The notes beneath the pieces were generated by a model that ran no database searches, had not been told where the DNA came from, and worked only from the letters and a program-made list of their open reading frames with translations. From assembly GCA_043228905.1 (NCBI GenBank), contig JBHGNT010001213.1:1-10930 (forward strand): 10,930 nucleotides of DNA. Direction: 5' to 3'. The DNA is from Azolla caroliniana. Its lineage: Eukaryota > Plantae > Polypodiophyta. This document shows, one piece after another, positions 1 through 8,443 of this stretch (positions are counted from its first letter, which is position 1; each line of letters begins with the position of its first letter). The position numbers and the translations under genes are program-made.

Positions 1-71
1 CTCGCTCCCTCTCTCGCTCTCACTCTCATCACCACTCTACCTCGCCATCTTTCCTCGACCTCGAAGCAGAC

Positions 72-2765
72 ATGGAACCACAAACGCTATCGGAAGTGGC
101 CAGGAAATGGTTCAGGCAACACGGACTAGACGGGTTCCTGACCATCATGGAGGCACCACCGCACAAAGAAGCCGACCAGGTCATCAAGGAGCTCGACAAA
201 GAAGTCATCACCGAGGAAGCGATCCGTGTGCTAACAGGCCTGCCGGAGGGAGGTATTTTTCAGATTGATAATCCAACCTCGGAGCAACTCACCCGATATT
301 TTGGTGAGTACTCTGTAGCCGGCAAAGGCTATCGAACGCAGGGCGGCGAAGATCCGCTGTTCAGGGAGATAGCTCGAGTGCTCCACGAGTACGGCCACGT
401 GTACCCCCGACCCCCTGTCATGCCAAAAAATCGGGCAGGGACGATCATAGCCACCTATGAAGGGATCCAGGTGGACTGGCCGGTGTTGATTGCAGACGGT
501 TTGTGCGCGGCAATCGACATGGTATGAGGAAAGGACGGCAAGGAGGGCCGGAAGCTGTGGCATGCCGTAGCTCAGTGGATAACATTGCTCGTGCCGCCGG
601 TCGAGACCGTTCAGCCAAAGAAGCGGCCAAGATTATCGGAAGGAAGCACCTCGAAACCCGCGTCCAAACGATAGCAGCTGCTGGCGTCGAAGGCGACGAA
701 AGGGAAGAAACGGCTCCCAGTACCGGAGGAGGTGTCACCGGTGGGACCCGTTAAGATAACCATACGGCGACCGGGACAGAAGGAACCAGAACCCTTGAAG
801 GCACGGAAACATGCCGTTACCCAGGAAGAGGAAACGGAGGAGCCAGAAGAGCACCTCCAACGACGGTCAAGAAGTAGGACCGCCGGGACAGCGGGGGAGC
901 GTTCGGACCCGCAGAAGGAAGAAACGCCCCCAACTCAACCTGAGCAAACCGCAAGGGAGGAACCGGAACCGGTGCGTGTGGAACCGGCCTTGTCGACTTC
1001 TATACCAGAAGTCATTCCAACGGCTCTGGAGACGGCGAGAACCGGAACTCAACAGCCGGCGAGCCCAGCCAGCACACACGGCGGCCAAGAAGTAGAACTA
1101 GAACGGCAGATACAGGCACTCAGGCCAGACAATTCCACAGTGAACGAGCCGACCCGACCAGTACAGCAGCAAGGCACCAGTAGCATGTGGCTACGGTGGG
1201 TAGGTGAGCAGATCGCCGGAGCGGTCGAGTACATAGAGGCGGAGGAGAGAGCGCACAACGAACGGTTGCTCGTCACAACCGTAGATCTAGAGACGGCCCG
1301 GTCCAGAATCCGGAGCCTTGAACAAGACTTGGACAGGGTCACAAGGGAAATGGCTCAATTAGCTTTGACAACACAAGTCCAAGCACCGGTGACTCCGGGC
1401 AATGTACAGAATATAGCGACAGATCAACCTGTACATAGCAATCAGACCCCGGCAACGGAAACCGTTCCGGAGAGAAATGCGGCACAAGCCCAAGAGCTTG
1501 CAGACTTAAAGGATGAGCTAGCTGCCCAAGAAGCGCTGAGGAGCCGCGAAAGAGAATTGAAGACGGCAGCAGAGGCGGAACTCAAAAAGACTGCTGAGAA
1601 TCTACGCCGGGCCGAGGAGAGCTTACGAAAAGGCCACCAAGCGTACGACCGGCTCAAGGAGGAAAAGGAGAAAATGCTGCAAGAGAAGGATAGGCTCCGG
1701 AGAAACGCCGAAACAGAAATAGAGCGCCTGAAAGAGGAACTCCGGCAGCTAAAGGACCGGGAGGACCGGAACCATCGCCAGATCAACGGCAAGCTCAAAC
1801 AAAAAACGGAGGAATTTGAGCAATTGCACCGGGAGTATAAACGGTTGCAAACGGAGCACAAGGAACGGACAGATGAGCTCCGGCAAGCAGTTGATCGGAC
1901 CGCAACGGCATACGCCAATGAACAAGCGGAAAACAGAAGACGGTTGGAAGAGGCGGAGAAGGTTCGGACAGAGCTCCTCAGGCAACAGCAGGCGGAAAAA
2001 GAAAGAGCGGCGGAGGTACTGTAGAGGCTGCAGACAACATATCAAGGGCAGTTGACGCGCTACAGAGAGCAGGCGGAGGATACGGCGAATCTCATCAAGC
2101 AGTTGAAGGAGGAACGACAAGTTGTGGAAAGTAGAGCACAAATGGGAGCAAGTCGTATCCAGGATATAATGTGGGCCTGGTTGAACCAGACCAAGAGCTT
2201 GATTGACAATGGGTCCGTCAAATGGTGGACCAAGTGGGCCACGAACGCGGCGGAACTCGAAATGCTCCGGGCCGACGTAGAGAACCGGCGGAAGGAGGGA
2301 GATGATTGCTATATGCTGACTTCCGAAGACTTCACCGGCATAAGAGATGAGCTGGCCGAAGACTTTCAAGCCTTGGCAGAGGACCAACTAGGGCAAGTCC
2401 GGCAACTTGTAGCTCAGCTGGACGACGACAGGCTGGAGGCGCAGATCCAGTTTGAAAGCTACGAGAGGTCCCGGATCCGGGAAGAGAAAGCACGAGAACC
2501 GGTTACGGTCAACCTCAGTGATGAGGAACCGTTACTGGAAGGAGACCGGACCGGAAGCAGTCAAACGGAGATGCCGGAGTCAGAGAAACAAACGGAGCAG
2601 CCGCCTATAGAGCAGCCGGAGCAGCCGCCTATAGAGCAGCCGGAGCAGCCTCAGTCCCAACCGCAACCACAGCAGCAGCAGCAAACACAGCCGCAACAAC
2701 CACAACCGGAAGAACAAGTGGAAACTCTGGAACAAAGTATTTTGGACAATTTGGGTGAACAATGA
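72..2765 (+). pseudogene. Extra (non-gag/pol) ORF of LTR retroelement A, ~897 codons: globular N-terminal domain, basic and disordered linker, long coiled coil, Q/P/E-rich tail; three premature stops
   Basis: Track ORFs 72..527, 732..2024 and 2052..2765 share one frame. Reading through TGA 525-527, TAG 672-674 and TAG 2022-2024 gives continuous protein-like sequence (..AIDMV*GKDGKEGRKLWHAVAQWITLLVPP..PKKRPR..SKR*QLLASK.. and ..EVL*RLQTTYQGQLTRYRE..). Each stop is one C>T from CGA/CAG. The frame ends 52 bp before a putative LTR. Confidence 0.85.
2593..2650 (+). repeat. 24-bp coding tandem repeat, ~2.4 copies (PEQPPIEQ)
   Basis: cggagcagccgcctatagagcagc at 2593-2616 and 2617-2640, partial copy at 2641-2650; followed by CAG/CAA-rich Q/P codons. 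Confidence 0.95.
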
Positions 2766-2817
2766 AGGGGCCGAGAAGGGTTCGACGTACAAGGTACTGT
2801 CCCACGGGCATGCCATG

Positions 2818-3200
2818 TGTTACCGGCCGGCAAGGAGTCCAAAATACGGAGTGAAGGAATTAATTAAGTATGGTTGTAAATAAGCATAGTGTGGACGGAC
2901 GGACTGGAAACGGTATGCCGTTCCAGATCCGGACGGATCCCGAATAGGTGGGAGAGGCACCGTTTTGTACTACGGGCCGGAAACCTATTTAAAGGCCCGG
3001 ACCCCATTGTAATGGGAGCGGATAATTAATAGAGCATATGGTGTTTATACTTCTGTGTTGATTTCCGTTCTGTAATTACTGTTATATCTTACGCGTGTAA
3101 TTAACCAAGCATTCTAATCGTGTAACTTACGTAAGTAGGTGTAATCGTTGAATCTTAATCCTATGCCGTAATCACCCTTTGGTGAAGTGTCTCCGTGACA
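2818..3200 (+). mobile_element. 3' LTR of retroelement A (~383 bp)
   Basis: TGTTAC...GTGACA imperfect inverted termini; CCGG-rich U3-like part; TATA-like tatttaaa at 2986-2993; T-rich U5-like part; abrupt switch at 3201 into an unrelated minus-strand gag frame. The partner LTR is outside the window. An alternative start is tgtccc at 2798. Confidence 0.7.
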
Positions 3201-3416
3201 CCTTGTGTTAGGCCTTGTCCGGCCAGCAAATAACAGTTGGTTAGCTTACAGGGATTCATACCAATCCCTTGCTCCTCCATAAACAGTGGACACCAATAGA
3301 GGTAGGTTTTCCAAATCTTGCATCTTCCCGATTCATATTGCCTGATATTCGAAGGTGGCCAAGAATGCTCCCGCATCTTGGACCCCATCACCTGCAAAAG
3401 GGAATTGAAAAGCCAT
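3201..3416 (-). pseudogene. gag: Ty3/Gypsy gag N-terminus (element B), truncated by element A
   Basis: The minus strand from ATG 3416 reads MAFQFPFAGDGVQDAGAFLATFEYQAI*IGKMQDLENLPLLVSTVYGGARDWYESL*. This fits the F-x-G-x(n)-FL-x-x-FE...G-x-A-x-x-WY-x-x-L pattern of Gypsy capsid N-termini. Confidence 0.75.
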
Positions 3417-3467
3417 ATTGACTACGGACAGAATTTGTCTTCCCTTTAATACGGAAAGAATCAGTCA

Positions 3468-3485
3468 GACCTCCCTGGAGCGCCA
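3468..3485 (-). promoter_or_regulatory. Primer-binding site of element B, tRNA-Arg-like
   Basis: Minus strand ...CATCA-ttt-TGGCGCTCCAGGGAGGTC. TGG follows a CA LTR end after 3 nt and resembles the TGGCGCGCCAGGTAGG Arg-type PBS of plant non-chromovirus Gypsy elements. Confidence 0.75.
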
Positions 3486-3488
3486 AAA

Positions 3489-4101
3489 TGATGAGGTGAG
3501 ATAGAAAAATGATAAAGAAGAGAAGAGGAAGAGGAAAGAATACTTCAATATAGTATTATAAAAACAACACAATCTTCTTGGACTCTAAAAAGAACAACCC
3601 CACCAAAGAACTACGTTAATCTCAATGACACTAGTTGATAATAGTCTTTCCTTCTTCTCTCTTTCCTCTACGCAGGCTCCTTTCACTTTATCTAGACTTC
3701 TTATTCTTCCTCCCCTTAATTTCTAAGAGTACCTTCCTGTTTATAGGTTTTTACTTGTGTTATTCTTGCTTTTTCTTTACTTTTATTTCTTTTACATATC
3801 CTTGAGATTGTGTGAGGCATTTTTTTATATCACTATTACTTCTTTGTCATCCCAAATTTATCATACAAGAAATCTCTCCTTGTCACTTTTCTTACTAATC
3901 ATTTCTTTTGAAATTTGGATATGATGTGAAGAAGTTATGAGCTTTTTTCTCTACCCTACTTTTTCTACCTTTTTTCTAAATCTTTTTTTCTTGCTTTTTT
4001 CTACTTTTGAAAAACGCCTCCAACTTTATATCCCTTCAAGTTCCTTCATCTTTTAACTCTTGAATCTTTCATATCGTGCTTTATTCCTATACATCTTAAC
4101 A
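3489..4101 (-). mobile_element. 5' LTR of Gypsy element B (~613 bp)
   Basis: The 3489 end is fixed by the adjacent PBS. Minus-strand TATAAA at 3745-3740 and an A-rich U3-like part. The 4101 boundary (minus TGTTAAGAT versus reverse-complemented end TGATGAGGT) is tentative. Confidence 0.65.
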
Positions 4102-4194
4102 TCGAATGTATTTTGCCACGGTCTTTACTTACGAGCAAAAATTGACTTCACATATGGGAGCTACATGAATGTTTATTATCCGACTGCATGGCTT

Positions 4195-4522
4195 CTACTG
4201 TAGTTGGACATTATCGTTTTCAAGTTATTGGGCCCCACTAGTTGGATTCTTGAAATAGACTTGTCCCAGGTTTTTTTTTACTAGGCAAATACGAATTAGA
4301 TCCATGGGTAGAGGCGTCAGAGTATAGACATAGCCCATTGGTTTTTTGATAATGTCGTCCGGCCTTAGGCGAGTGGTGGGGATTGTGCTCGATCAATTGC
4401 CATCGGCATAAGATTAGTGGATGATGATGTTGAAGGAGATCTCAGAGTCACTTGGGGTTGTACCATAGGTTTAGTGTGGACTACAGGAGGTTTAGTAAGA
4501 GATTCTTAACATGACTATGAAG
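4195..4522 (-). pseudogene. gag: Heavily decayed Ty3/Gypsy (chromovirus-like) gag C-terminus (element C)
   Basis: Minus strand with frameshifts: PMAID (4406-4392; PMEID motif), then HYQKTNGLCLYSDASTH (decayed GLCLYCG-x3-H zinc knuckle, ~4350-4300), then ENDNVQLQ* (4221-4195). Confidence 0.6.
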
Positions 4523-5167
4523 TGTTAGGATTTTATCTCTCCTAATGTGAGAAATCAACATTGGTTGGGAGAATCGGTAGATGAGATCGAGTTGTTTGGC
4601 TCGATCAACAACCGAGTTGACTATACAGTTTGGAGAATGAAGTGAAGACAAAGTTTGCCAGTCGGGCCGACAGGATAGTCGACATGAGAGTTGACTAGTT
4701 GGGCCAATTGATTGTCGACTGGTGTGTGGGTCGTACAGTCAGGTCGATTAGTCGACTGATTAAGTACTATTGTTATTATTGTAATAATAATAGTAATAAT
4801 ATAGTAATAAAATCCCCTATGTATAAATATGAAAAGCTAGAGCAAAACTTATTTGGATGCAAGTTAGAGTGTAACAGAGTGAGGTGCAAGTGAGCGTGCA
4901 TGTGTGAGAGAGAGAGGCATAATTCAGAGGAACTTGCAGCCAAAACCCTAAGTGGGTATACTTTGTCTTATCAGATTTTTGTAACCTATTTTTCCTCTTT
5001 GTACTTCTGTTGTATAGTGGAAGATCTGTTACCCCGTCCTTTTCTTGTTTTAAGGTTTCCACATAAAATTGTGTGTACTTTGTAATTTTTTGTGTATTCG
5101 ATGTTTTTCAATTTTTGCGGTGTATTTCGAACTATTTCTGGGACAAATCTACAGTCCATTTCTATCA
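4523..5167 (+). mobile_element. 5' LTR of Ty1/Copia element D (~645 bp)
   Basis: TGTTAGGA...TTCTATCA (6/8 inverted match); TATAAATA at 4822-4829; T-rich U5-like part; directly followed by a PBS and gag. Confidence 0.75.
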
Positions 5168-5170
5168 AAC

Positions 5171-5182
5171 TAGTATCAGAGC
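5171..5182 (+). promoter_or_regulatory. Primer-binding site, initiator tRNA-Met
   Basis: TAGTATCAGAGC equals the canonical TGGTATCAGAGC with one G>A change, 3 nt after the LTR CA. Confidence 0.9.
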
Positions 5183-5194
5183 GAAGGTGCAAGA

Positions 5195-5431
5195 ATGGAA
5201 AGAGTTGTGAGTGACTTTCGAGATATGATGGTCCAAAACTCACACAACTACTCAGATTGGAAGATCAAGATGGAAGATCTTCTAATAGTCAAGGATTTGT
5301 GCGAGCCCTAAACTCTTGGGGGTATTGGAGTCAGAATGGAAACTCTTAAATAGAAAAGCGGTGGCCACCATCAGACTGTGTGTAGATGTGAGTGTCCTTC
5401 AACATTTCACTAATGACACAAACGCCTACAA
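5195..5431 (+). pseudogene. gag: Ty1/Copia gag N-terminus, frameshifted and truncated
   Basis: MERVVSDFRDMMVQNSHNYSDWKIKMEDLLIVKDLCEP* then, in a shifted frame, GVLESEWKLLNRKAVATIRLCVDVSVLQHFTNDTNAY. These are the NY-x-x-W-x-x-x-M and W-x(4)-KA-x(3)-I-x-L motifs of Copia gag. Confidence 0.9.
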
Positions 5432-7147
5432 CACGAGGTCATTAGAAACACGTAATATGTCACATTTTAAAAATTGTTCGTCTAAATAAGGCACAAAATA
5501 GGTCGTAAAACAAAAAGGGGTGCCACATGCGTAAAGCTTTTTTAAAACTGACACAAAATATATTGATTTCTAGCATGTCCAAAATTTTAGGTCCTCCAAA
5601 AGTTGCCTAAATAATTGACACGTGAAAGTTACAAAAGAATGTACAAATTTTACAAAAGGCCTACCACCTATATTTTTATACATAATCGAGAATGAACATC
5701 TTCATGCTAAATACAATATTTACAATTCATGTATCAGAACTATCACTTCCCAAAGCTATGCCTTCCCCTTCATACTCATCCGATGAACTAGAAGAGCTTT
5801 GTGAGGTCTCATCCTCATCATCACGGGCAACCAACACATTGTCTTCATCCAATTGCAATCTAACATCACCGTGATTAGGAGACATACTCCTTGTTCGTCT
5901 CTATGTTGCATTGGGAGACACATTTGGGATCTTCTCTTTTATTATCTTGATTGTGGTCTATCTTAGATGGTCTGTTTTGGTCAAGAAGAAGTCATACACT
6001 AGTATCTCTACATTATCAAGCGTCACAGTAGACGTGCTAGGTAGATTTTTGCTTTTCCTCTTTCTACTTGTGCCTCGAACATCCTTAACCATCTCTAAAG
6101 AGTACTTCCCAATAAATGCTTCTGGGGAAGAGGTATGATACGAATGAACCACAATGGAGATAACTTGATTGCCTTGTTCATCCTTAATAATTTTGGGGAT
6201 TTTACCAATCCAAAAGGGATGGTCCAACTCACGACCCCCAGCTAATGTTGCAACCAACATACCAACTTGTAGCTCATGTAGATTGCCCTGCCATCTCGCC
6301 TCTGCAAACACATGATATTCTTGGTCCCACATAAATATCTCTCTATCATGGATGAACAAGATTATTTAGGTCTAGATTATCTAGTGATTGAACATTAGTC
6401 GTGGTTAGCATTGATTGGCCACCAATATTCCATTTGAATTGATTTTGGAGTGGCTAGTAACCGACAAAGTGGTTAACTAAAATTGTATGTTGATGGTGAA
6501 AGAAGTTACCCCACCATTCAACATCCTGATCATCAGCATACTTCTTGGTGCGCTCAATATTTTTCCGTTTTTCTTCAAGGCACCACATCCAATGTATCTT
6601 TTTCTCTTAAATCGAGTTACTAGGAGCCAATCTTTTATGGTCGTCATACGACATTGTTCTACACCGTGGATTACCGCATCTAGAAAATGCAATAAGAGCC
6701 TACATGCCTCTTGTGACTCCCATTGTGAACTAGATGAGTATCGTTGGGCATACAACAATGTCTGGTTGTGAGTTATAGAACTTCTTTTTATGAGAAAGAC
6801 GTGGTTAAAACTTATATTATTAAGTGGGGCAAGAACGCTACATAGAGTGCCATCACCATCCACGCAAAAGCATTTAAATTCATAAACTTCATCCAAATGT
6901 TGTACATCTGTCTGTGGGGTATAAGCTTCAATGATCAACTATGACAGTGTAGGAAGCGAGAGAGCATCACATCTCACTAATTTCTTTGAGAACATCCTAA
7001 ACATTTAATCTATATGATTATCTCTATGACCAACTAGTAAGAAGTTGACATCAACCTTTTTTAATATCCCCCTCTCTGCTAGGATGCTTAAATAACTGAA
7101 CACAGTCAAGTTTTTGTTTTCTCTGGCCGTGTTTTCTAGTTGCACGT
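5432..7147 (-). mobile_element. 3' part of a DNA transposon (element E) inserted in the Copia gag
   Basis: Copia gag similarity stops at ~5431. An AT-rich non-coding stretch with short repeats follows (cacaaaata near 5492 and 5553), then a minus-strand transposase-like frame. The terminus is uncertain by a few bp and the other end is not in the window. Confidence 0.65.
5727..7147 (-). pseudogene. DUF7869-type / Sola-like DDD transposase, C-terminal half, with stops and frameshifts
   Basis: VQLENTARENKNLTVFSYLSILAERGILKKVDVNFLLVGHRDNHID*MFRMFSKKLVRCDA matches the QLDN-x3-(E/Q)NKN...FL-x-x-GH-T-H-x-x-IDQ-x-F motif pair. It continues through track ORFs 6477..6938 and 5958..6359 (VGMLVA...PFWIGKI...) to an acidic/Ser tail ending at a TGA at 5729-5727. 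Confidence 0.75.
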
Positions 7148-7463
7148 TGTAGCCGGAATCCGCGCGTATGTCTCGGATCCGGGCGGGACCACCGTGGTAT
7201 AGGACCGGGGAGAGATGGGTTTCTAGAAGGTCGAGTTCTCCAGAGCCATGTATGCCGTCGAGACTCCGGCCGGAATGGTTCCGGATGCGACCCGGAGACA
7301 ACCGATCCGGGCACGTCCCGAAATACGACCGGAATGCGTAGAGGATGGGCACGCGCATACACGGTACGCACCCCCGCTGGCCTTTCGTGAGTCGTATGTA
7401 CAGAAGGCCCGGTAGATATTTGTGTATATATTTTTATACGCATAGTAATAAATACACAGACTA
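7148..7463 (+). mobile_element. Partial LTR (U3/R-like) of a further retroelement (F) inserted in the transposase
   Basis: TGTAG begins exactly where the transposase frame breaks, with a sharp AT-to-GC switch. CCGG-rich, TATA-like tatgtaca at ~7395, AATAAA at 7447-7452. It could instead be the distal part of one long minus-strand LTR (7148-7988). Confidence 0.55.
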
Positions 7464-7488
7464 TGGTTCGGTTCACCGTGCTTGCATG

Positions 7489-7492
<4 letters not shown>

Positions 7493-7520
<28 letters not shown>
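7493..7520 (+). repeat. (CA)14 microsatellite
   Basis: Direct reading; imperfect extension to ~7532. Confidence 0.95.
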
Positions 7521-7521
<1 letters not shown>

Positions 7522-7615
7522 CACACATACACTATGAAGAGCAAAACCCTGACACTCAAACCCGTGGAGATGAACCGAACACCAACGCTTTGCACAGGAA
7601 ACACACACAAAAGTT

Positions 7616-7630
7616 TATATATATATATAT
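7616..7630. repeat. (TA)7 microsatellite
   Basis: Direct reading. Confidence 0.9.
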
Positions 7631-7716
7631 TCGAACAAGACAATGAAATACATCTCCGACCTCGAGCCAGACTAAGGTATAAACAGACACGCAGACTCAA
7701 CTCACCCGACGATGAC

Positions 7717-7731
7717 GAAGAAGAAGAAGAA
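7717..7731 (+). repeat. (GAA)5 microsatellite
   Basis: Direct reading. Confidence 0.85.
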
Positions 7732-7988
7732 GTAGACGAAACCCTAAAGAAGTAAGAAGAAAGCTACCATACCTTGGACCTAAGTGGTATACCCTCCTAA
7801 CTCAAAATGGGCAACCTCCAAACAAGAGACCCTCCCTTCCTTTTATAGCACAAGGAGGGAGTGGCATAACAATGTGGAATAAATATCCCTTATTACAAGG
7901 GATCCCCTGTCCTGACTTAACTCCTATTCGGCGCCATAAAGGCACCCCTTTTAGTTTACACGTATATACACAAGGGTGGGTATCCACA

Positions 7989-8002
7989 CCGCACCCCACC
8001 GA
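7989..8002 (-). promoter_or_regulatory. Putative polypurine-tract-like primer site of element G
   Basis: Minus strand tcGGTGGGGTGCGG immediately precedes TGT; G-rich but interrupted by pyrimidines. Confidence 0.5.
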
Positions 8003-8443
8003 TGTTCCCACTATTCCCGGTTTTCTCGCTAAGGCCGGGAATCTTCACGACAGTCGCCCCACCAAACCACACGTCCACCGGTACGTGCCAAATCCAAAGA
8101 AGCGTGAGAGATTCTAGCCGTAGTGAGCAACCAGTCTTTTGTAATTTGCATCCCGGCTGCCGTGTTGGCCTCTGCCAGTTCGAACCGTCGGCTCCGGTTC
8201 CTTCCTCGCGCTCCCATCTTCATAGGCTCGTTTGACCTGTCGATAGGTCGTTCGCCACGATCTCTTCTTGTACGCATGCTCGTCTCATGGCCCTTGATCG
8301 ACAATATGCATGCCCCTCGCTTCCCCATATACCCGGTGTCCTCCGCGTCCAAGGAGCATCCCGTAGTAGCCCGCTTAGCCAGTGTTGATCTCTGCAATGC
8401 TTTGATTGCTTGTCCGGTGCTGTTGTTCACCATTGCCCTTGTT

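Larger units (their letters stand above)
7464..7988 (-). mobile_element. 3' LTR of retroelement G (~525 bp)
   Basis: The minus strand starts TGTGGATA directly after a G-rich tract; TATAAAA at 7847-7841; TG/T-rich U5-like part; candidate CA end at 7464. The left boundary is tentative (7464-7490). Confidence 0.6.

Noticed and set aside
732-2024. Stand-alone 430-aa SMC/myosin-like gene
   Set aside because: Only a generic coiled coil with no Walker motifs; it is a stop-bounded piece of the 72-2765 frame.
72-2765. Retroviral-type envelope gene
   Set aside because: No signal peptide or transmembrane segment is visible; only the position is env-like.
231-2842. Minus-strand ORFs (e.g. 1442..1918, 1749..2387, Cys-rich 2651..2842)
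   Set aside because: Antisense shadows of the biased plus-strand codons; the poly-Cys comes from CAG/CAA repeats.
3161-3397. 78-aa ORF / host exon after ttttgcag
   Set aside because: It crosses the LTR junction at 3200, and a different frame gives a recognisable gag.
4943-4951. AAACCCTAA telo-box / telomeric repeat (another at ~7739)
   Set aside because: Single copies, which are common in plant LTRs; not a telomeric array.
7005-7358. 117-aa ORF as a real gene
   Set aside because: Chimeric: the N-terminal part is LTR sequence and only the part below 7147 is transposase.
7051-7755. ORFs with CVCVCV / HTHTHT runs
   Set aside because: Translations of the (CA)n microsatellite inside LTR sequence.
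7785-7796. TGGTATAC as an iMet PBS
   Set aside because: The match stops after 6 nt, there is no adjacent CA end and no gag follows.
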